Source: an uncultured virus (IMG/VR IMGVR_UViG_3300035150_000049) (lineage: Duplodnaviria; Heunggongvirae; Uroviricota; Caudoviricetes). Taken from it: 20,000 bases of DNA. The notes beneath the pieces were generated by a model. The model ran no database searches. It worked only from the letters and a program-made list of their open reading frames with translations, and had not been told where the DNA came from. The position numbers and the translations under genes were made by a program. Numbering within the stretch: position 1 is the stretch's first letter; each line of letters begins with the position of its first letter. The stretch is taken from IMG/VR virus record IMGVR_UViG_3300035150_000049. The stretch is one strand, 5' to 3'. Below, piece after piece: positions 15,517 through 20,000 of this stretch.

Positions 15517-15907
15517 GCAACGCCAACATTTCCGCCGCTCTGCCGGCGCATACTGCATCAAGATCATTCACGACTACGCCATGAACGCGGCGCAGAACGC
15601 CGAAGTCGCTCGCCGCTACAACTCCCCCGGCGCGCCCGCCTGGGCGCGCATCGCCGCATTCTACGAAGTCCGTGCCGCCGACAAAATCGCGGCGACCGAG
15701 GGTGACACGGAACCAACGCGCGCCATCCTGCACTATTCGGCGGGTTTCTGCGCACTCAAGGCCGGTGATGTTGCGACGGCGACTCGGATGATGGAGCGTG
15801 GCCGTGAGACTGTGAGGCACGGACACCCATCACAGCGGCTTGATGAGCTTGAGTCGGCGCTGGAAGCGGAGCAGATTTTGTATCCTGACGGTTTATTTTT
15901 GAGGTAA
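15506..15907 (+). CDS. hypothetical helical-repeat (TPR-like) protein
   Basis: EPTRAILHYSAGFCALKAGDVATATRMMERG; overlaps the upstream stop. Confidence 0.65.
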   Translation: MNAEQRQHFRRSAGAYCIKIIHDYAMNAAQNAEVARRYNSPGAPAWARIAAFYEVRAADKIAATEGDTEPTRAILHYSAGFCALKAGDVATATRMMERGRETVRHGHPSQRLDELESALEAEQILYPDGLFLR

Positions 15908-15914
15908 ATGAAGA

Positions 15915-16238
15915 ATGAGCAACAACACTCCCCCACTCGCGCGCTTGATCGAGCGCGCCAACGCCGAAATCACAGCGCTGAGCCAGGGCAAGAAGACTTG
16001 GCGCACCTGCATTCCGGCACAGCCGAACGACTCCGACGTGGTGATCGGCGACGCGGTGATTGCACTCAAGGCGCGCGCCGAAGCGCTTGAGACGGCACTA
16101 GCGGCGTTGCTTGAGCGCACGCCATACACCGAATATGATTTTTGTGGATGCGCCTATTGCGGCTGCGATTATGACGCACCGCACGAAGAAGGCTGCGCGT
16201 GGGCACAGGCGCGCAAGTTATTAGAGGTGAAAGAATGA
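15915..16238 (+). CDS. hypothetical protein with C-terminal Cys/His motif
   Basis: CAYCG...HEEGCAW; ATGA overlap downstream. Confidence 0.75.
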   Translation: MSNNTPPLARLIERANAEITALSQGKKTWRTCIPAQPNDSDVVIGDAVIALKARAEALETALAALLERTPYTEYDFCGCAYCGCDYDAPHEEGCAWAQARKLLEVKE

Positions 16239-16579
16239 GCAAAAACCAATACAATCCCGACCGCGTATCACGTCCTTCAGAATCGTTTTGTGAGGCACGA
16301 GACGACTTTGGGGACGATCATTTTATACCAGTTGGCTTTGCTATAAATCGATCCCGACAATATGAAAATTTGATAGAGGCCCGCGTTGAGGAACTGGAAG
16401 CCGAAAATGCCGAACTACGCGCGGCGATAGCGGCGTTCGTAGATGTATTTAAGGTTGAGTCCGGTTTCCACGAAGGTCATTTTCAGCTATCAGTACGGCC
16501 AAATGTTATGACGGGCTTTCGTGGCTCTCGCGGCGAAGCGCTCAAGCGCTTGATTGATCTATCTAAGGTGGAGAAATGA
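16235..16579 (+). CDS. hypothetical protein
   Basis: GAGGTG RBS before ATG 16235 (MSKNQYNPD...); coiled coil RVEELEAENAELRAA. Confidence 0.7.
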   Translation: MSKNQYNPDRVSRPSESFCEARDDFGDDHFIPVGFAINRSRQYENLIEARVEELEAENAELRAAIAAFVDVFKVESGFHEGHFQLSVRPNVMTGFRGSRGEALKRLIDLSKVEK

Positions 16580-16580
16580 A
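16531..16580 (+). repeat. direct repeat A, copy 1 (50 bp)
   Basis: 49/50 identical to 17270-17319. Confidence 0.95.
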
Positions 16581-16620
16581 AATTTATTTCTATGGGGGGA
16601 AGAAAAAGAATGAGCAAAGA
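16575..16620 (+). repeat. direct repeat B, copy 1 (46 bp)
   Basis: 44/46 identical to 17579-17624. Confidence 0.93.
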
Positions 16621-16821
16621 GCATATATAGAAAGATTAGAACGGGCACTGCGCATTGTTGGTAAGCGTACCGAATACCCGACACCGGCACCATTTTTTCG
16701 TGACTATACCGGGCAATGGTGGCAACTGACACCATTCTCTTACGGGCAGTTAACAGGCAACTGGTCTGAAATTCAGCGTGTAGTAAAAGAAGCGCTAGCG
16801 GAATCGCAAAGGAAGAACTAG
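16576..16821 (+). CDS. hypothetical protein
   Basis: GGTGGAG RBS and ATGA overlap. Confidence 0.65.
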   Translation: MKIYFYGGKKKNEQRAYIERLERALRIVGKRTEYPTPAPFFRDYTGQWWQLTPFSYGQLTGNWSEIQRVVKEALAESQRKN

Positions 16822-16822
16822 A

Positions 16823-17179
16823 ATGATTGCACCAAATTACTTTTCAATGAATTATCATCCCGAAATGAACCCTCCCCGTTTTCAAGTATGGAATGCAAAA
16901 TTTGAGATAAACGCGATCGGCTTTGATTCACCTGATAACGAGTCTCGTAACGCGATATCAGTCACGGGATGGGTTGATGTACCCGACACTCAAAAATGGC
17001 ATATTCATATCATCACAGATGAAATACTGCCGTGCGCGCCACAAACAAGTTTATGGTTAAAGGTTCCGATTACGGAAGACAAATCATTGTCGGGCAAATT
17101 TGTAACATTGCGCACTGATATGCAGAATGATAGATATTATATTGATTATATGAGTTTTGGGGAAATTGAAATAGATTAA
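16823..17179 (+). CDS. hypothetical protein (AT-rich)
   Basis: AAGGA RBS; starts 1 nt after the upstream stop. Confidence 0.7.
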   Translation: MIAPNYFSMNYHPEMNPPRFQVWNAKFEINAIGFDSPDNESRNAISVTGWVDVPDTQKWHIHIITDEILPCAPQTSLWLKVPITEDKSLSGKFVTLRTDMQNDRYYIDYMSFGEIEID

Positions 17180-17269
17180 AGTCCCGATTATTCGAATAGG
17201 TGGCGCGGATAGCGTGGGTATAAGTTTCCCGCTACTTGGCGGTGGGTATGATGAAGAAAAAACACGCGA

Positions 17270-17319
17270 CGGCGAAGCGCTCAAGCGCTTGATTGATCTA
17301 TCTAGGGTGGAGAAATGAA
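17270..17319 (+). repeat. direct repeat A, copy 2
   Basis: CGGCGAAGCGCTCAAGCGCTTGATTGATCTATCTAGGGTGGAGAAATGAA. Confidence 0.95.
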
Positions 17320-17617
17320 CGACGAACTAACCGGACGCGAGCCTGCGCTCTCGCAAGACTCGAAATTAAGCGGCATGGAGCCGCGACTTAGTCAGACGCA
17401 AACGCGCGCGGAGTTTTTCTTGTGGCTTCTATACGAGCGCCAGCGCGGACACGAACCAATGGCAATGAGGTTTGACCAAGACAGAACGGTGGCATTTACA
17501 ATTAGTGTTCCGGCAAAATACGAAGTTGTCGCAAGAGAGTATATGGAAGAGAGCGCGAAAATTTTAGAAGCCTCGTTGAATGAAAATTTATTTCTATTGG
17601 GGGGAGAAAAAGAATGA
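17315..17617 (+). CDS. hypothetical protein
   Basis: GGTGGAG RBS; ATGA overlap downstream. Confidence 0.7.
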   Translation: MNDELTGREPALSQDSKLSGMEPRLSQTQTRAEFFLWLLYERQRGHEPMAMRFDQDRTVAFTISVPAKYEVVAREYMEESAKILEASLNENLFLLGGEKE

Positions 17618-17624
17618 GCAAAGA
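17579..17624 (+). repeat. direct repeat B, copy 2
   Basis: AATGAAAATTTATTTCTATTGGGGGGAGAAAAAGAATGAGCAAAGA. Confidence 0.93.
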
Positions 17625-17892
17625 ACTCGTAGCCTGCGGCGGATGTTCCGCTGAGATACCAGAGGAAGAAGCGGAAGTGTGCTGGTATTGTCACAGCTAC
17701 CTATGCTTCTCCTGCTGGCAGAGACTCGGTCACTGCGGCCACCCGGAGGCCGAAACCGAAAATCGCCTTGCACGAGAGGCGCGGGCGCGTGGCGAGCATT
17801 ACGATCCACACGACGCGGATTATCACACGGCGGTATTGCGGCAGCTACACGGAATACCAGATCACGAGCGCCGCCGGCAGAAATATAGTTAG
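17614..17892 (+). CDS. Zn-finger-like protein
   Basis: CGGC...CWYC...CFSC...HCGH. Confidence 0.75.
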   Translation: MSKELVACGGCSAEIPEEEAEVCWYCHSYLCFSCWQRLGHCGHPEAETENRLAREARARGEHYDPHDADYHTAVLRQLHGIPDHERRRQKYS

Positions 17893-17914
17893 CGAGAAAG
17901 CGAATTCCGGATAG

Positions 17915-17948
17915 AAAAAAGCCCCGACTGAATAGTCGGGGCTTTTTT
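17915..17948. terminator. bidirectional intrinsic terminator
   Basis: AAAAAA-GCCCCGACT-GAAT-AGTCGGGGC-TTTTTT between convergent units. Confidence 0.92.
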
Positions 17949-17981
17949 GACCGATTTCTTAAGCGCATTTCGATCAACTAT
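17915..17981 (-). ncRNA. candidate ~70-nt sRNA
   Basis: Has its own promoter (17988-18016), a hairpin TTGATCGA-loop-TCGGTCAA, and ends at the terminator. Confidence 0.55.
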
Positions 17982-17987
17982 ACGAGT

Positions 17988-18016
17988 ATTGTATCTCACT
18001 CAAAGGCGTTAGACAA
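17988..18016 (-). promoter_or_regulatory. sigma70-type promoter P2
   Basis: TTGTCT (18016-18011), 17 bp spacer, TACAAT (17993-17988). Confidence 0.7.
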
Positions 18017-18038
18017 GATCGTCATAGGAAACAATGCC

Positions 18039-18192
18039 ATACCAACGGGCGGGAATTGCACCCGCTCGGCTTATTTTCTTCGTCCGTGCTGTCCACTCCC
18101 AAGCCATCGACACGCGCATCAACCGTAATCAATGCGTCGCTCCCTCTCGTGGTGGCTTCCAGGCGCGTCACTGTCCGCGCTGCCGTTGGTAT
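18039..18192 (-). ncRNA. tRNA-like RNA with ~100-nt domain replacing the anticodon arm
   Basis: 10-bp terminal stem ATACCAACGG/CCGTTGGTAT, CA linker, D-like GCGC-GGACAGTGAC-GCGC, insert, then T-arm GCGGG-TGCAATT-CCCGC stacked directly on the 3' strand. Confidence 0.7.
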
Positions 18193-18221
18193 TGATGCTA
18201 GCTATTCGCATCTGATAATGG

Positions 18222-18250
18222 ATTGTATCACGCTTCATACCAACAGACAA
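18222..18250 (-). promoter_or_regulatory. sigma70-type promoter P1
   Basis: TTGTCT (18250-18245), 17 bp spacer, TG-A-TACAAT (18227-18222). Begins immediately after the upstream stop codon. Confidence 0.75.
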
Positions 18251-18691
18251 CTATTCCAGCATATCGCCCGAATCGTCCGGTACGGATTTTACCAGTCCGG
18301 TCGCCTTCGCCCACGAATACGCGGTCGGCGCGCCCAGGAGCGTTAGCATCAATAGCATCAACTGGTAGAGCCATTCAACCCGCGCGTCCACAATCGCGCC
18401 CGCGTCGAGCAGATTAGACGCAAGTGCCAGCCCCACGAAGCCGAAGGTCCACACACCGACAATCCAGCGCCCCCAGCCGTCCTTGTAAATCCTTGCGAGC
18501 TGTAGCGCCCGCTTCGTGACCTCGGTGGCCGCCGAGACGATCAAGGACAAGCCAAGCGTGCCGAATGCAAGCGAACTTACCCAATCGGGCAAAAGAACGC
18601 CTTCGATCATCGGCTCGTCTTCATCGGCGCGCACGACGCCGGGCAGCGCCAGTAGCGCGAGAACGAACATGAGCACAATTAAGTTTTTCAT
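18251..18691 (-). CDS. holin-like multi-pass membrane protein with N-terminal signal peptide
   Basis: MKNLIVLMFVLALLALPGVVRA-D followed by three hydrophobic segments. IVSAATEVTKR and AYSWAK are holin-like motifs. Confidence 0.6.
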   Translation of the reverse strand: MKNLIVLMFVLALLALPGVVRADEDEPMIEGVLLPDWVSSLAFGTLGLSLIVSAATEVTKRALQLARIYKDGWGRWIVGVWTFGFVGLALASNLLDAGAIVDARVEWLYQLMLLMLTLLGAPTAYSWAKATGLVKSVPDDSGDMLE

Positions 18692-18796
18692 TTAATCATC
18701 TCCATTTTGTCTAAGTGCACGCCATGACAGGTATGCCACGAGTGCAAAAGCGATTGTAAGAATAATCACGCCCAAGCAAAACAACTCAAGCGCCAT
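18692..18796 (-). CDS. 34-aa single-TM protein
   Basis: Not in the ORF track. MALELFCLGVIILTIAFALVAYLSWRALRQNGDD; GGAG RBS; its stop abuts the next ATG. Confidence 0.7.
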   Translation of the reverse strand: MALELFCLGVIILTIAFALVAYLSWRALRQNGDD

Positions 18797-19397
18797 GATA
18801 GACTCCCAGAAAAAGCAAAAACAACATCACAATACTTATACCATAAATCATAAATAAAAGTATAATAACCGGCGCAAACTTACGTAAATCTCTAACAAGC
18901 GACACAAGCCCCATCCGCGAATCGCCATTTCCGAACAGTACGACTCCGTGATGTTTTACATCATTCTCAATGCGTTCAACTGTTTTTACAACCGGCATCA
19001 ATTCAGACACATCGGCGCGAAGGCCAAAAAGTGCAGTATTTTGGTATTGCTGGTGAATGTCATCGGTTGGCGGGGGCGGCGCGTTAGGGTTGTTTCGCAT
19101 GTGTTCAAATTGAATTGCATAAGCTAGATTATCGATTTGTTGTTGTTGGTCTACGCCTACGTCGTCTTTTAATCGCCACAAAAACGCAACCGCGGCGGGC
19201 TTTCCCGGCTCAACTTCACCATAATTATTAAGCGCTGTCCACACACGTGCGGCGAACCCCCCGGATGTCCCGCTAAAATCGATTTGCCGCGCAACAACAG
19301 AGCAGCATGATTCTAGAATAACCCGGCGCTGTTCTTCATTTTCTAGATTCCTGGTAGCTATTTCTATAAATTCAGCGGCAAGTGATTGATCCATCAC
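18786..19397 (-). CDS. EAD8-like effector-associated domain fused to coiled coil and C-terminal TM helix
   Basis: QRRVILE...QIDFSGTSGGFAARVWTALNNYGEVEPGKPAAVAFL...VGVDQQQQIDNL, then a PPPP linker, LFGNGDSRMGL and a hydrophobic C-terminus. Confidence 0.65.
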   Translation of the reverse strand: MMDQSLAAEFIEIATRNLENEEQRRVILESCCSVVARQIDFSGTSGGFAARVWTALNNYGEVEPGKPAAVAFLWRLKDDVGVDQQQQIDNLAYAIQFEHMRNNPNAPPPPTDDIHQQYQNTALFGLRADVSELMPVVKTVERIENDVKHHGVVLFGNGDSRMGLVSLVRDLRKFAPVIILLFMIYGISIVMLFLLFLGVYHGA

Positions 19398-19768
19398 GGA
19401 TATTTGTCTTTTATTTTTTTCACTTTATCTTTTACTTTTTTTGCTTTTTCTTTTGTGTCCGCCGACAATTCGCCATTCAAATCCTCAACGATGGCGTCGA
19501 GCGTATCGGCTAATTCATAGAGATTGGTACCGTCCCCCTCGACGAACGCCAGCGCGCGCAGTGCGTCTTTATCGAGCGTAAGCGTCGGGTCAATGTCACC
19601 AGGGATAAGCACGCCGGTTTCTATGTCGAAGCTCTCCTTACGCGGCAATGCGCCAAGCCAATACTTTACTTCAAAAAACGCTTCTTTATATGCGCCGTCT
19701 GGCGGCTTTACATTTTCTATTTGAAAGACTCTGTTATCCAGCTTTCTAATAATTAAATAGTAAGGCAT
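19394..19768 (-). CDS. hypothetical protein downstream of tail fibre
   Basis: MPYYLIIRKLDNRVF starts 2 nt after the upstream stop; ATGA overlap downstream. Confidence 0.7.
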   Translation of the reverse strand: MPYYLIIRKLDNRVFQIENVKPPDGAYKEAFFEVKYWLGALPRKESFDIETGVLIPGDIDPTLTLDKDALRALAFVEGDGTNLYELADTLDAIVEDLNGELSADTKEKAKKVKDKVKKIKDKYP

Positions 19769-19770
19769 AA

Positions 19771-20000
19771 TTATGTCCATGTAATCATATTAAGTGTTGA
19801 TCCCGGCGCATTAGATACTGCTGGGCTGTAATTAGTGGTATTGTTATCGTTTCTTCCTGATGTATTGGATGCTTGAATATATGCAAAATTATCTGCTAAG
19901 TATCCAGTTGTGCAGCTACGAGATGTTGCGGATACAGCCTGAATAATTCCAGTTAATGAATTATATCCGGTTGTGCAAGCAAGTGAAAATGTGTTTTGTG
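19771..20000 (-). CDS. C-terminus of probable tail fibre/spike (beta-helix-like), partial
   Basis: Manual translation ...ACTTGYNSLTGIIQAVSATSRSCTTGYLADNFAYIQASNTSG...NYSPAVS...MITWT*. Repeated CTTGY...IQA unit; Ser/Thr/Asn-rich. Confidence 0.55.
   Translation of the reverse strand, partial: QNTFSLACTTGYNSLTGIIQAVSATSRSCTTGYLADNFAYIQASNTSGRNDNNTTNYSPAVSNAPGSTLNMITWT

Noticed and set aside
16531..17624. CRISPR array or IS element
   Set aside because: Only two copies of each repeat, gene-sized spacing, and no cas gene, transposase or terminal inverted repeats.
18056..18346. Plus-strand 96-aa ORF over the tRNA-like RNA
   Set aside because: TTG start, no RBS, lies beyond the terminator, and the promoters point the other way.

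Overview
A 20 kb segment of a temperate phage or phage-plasmid. The host is probably Chloroflexota; this is inferred from an EAD8-like domain and an Ala/Thr/Gln-rich lipoprotein. At the left end, divergent sigma70-type promoters drive a leftward unit (HTH protein, dCTP deaminase) and a long rightward early region. The rightward region carries many small hypothetical genes, a RecT/Bet-like annealing protein and tRNA-Gly(TCC). It continues with a DNA-modification cluster: a split dual-frame C5 methyltransferase, a DUF5131 protein, an ASCH fusion and a truncated PAPS-reductase-like gene. Next come a ParR-like/ParM-like actin partition pair, a lipoprotein-TM-wHTH protein, a tyrosine recombinase and a repeat-bounded mosaic array of small genes. 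The right end holds the converging end of a late module: a tail-fibre-like C-terminus, an EAD8-like/TM fusion and holin-like membrane proteins. The most striking feature is the non-coding RNA content. It includes a canonical type II hammerhead ribozyme, a second hammerhead-like fold with a ~160-nt insert and an anticodon-less tRNA mimic. There is also an independently promoted ~154-nt tRNA-like RNA with a ~100-nt domain in place of the anticodon arm, followed by a separately promoted ~70-nt sRNA. All family calls come from motif recognition by eye; no searches were run.
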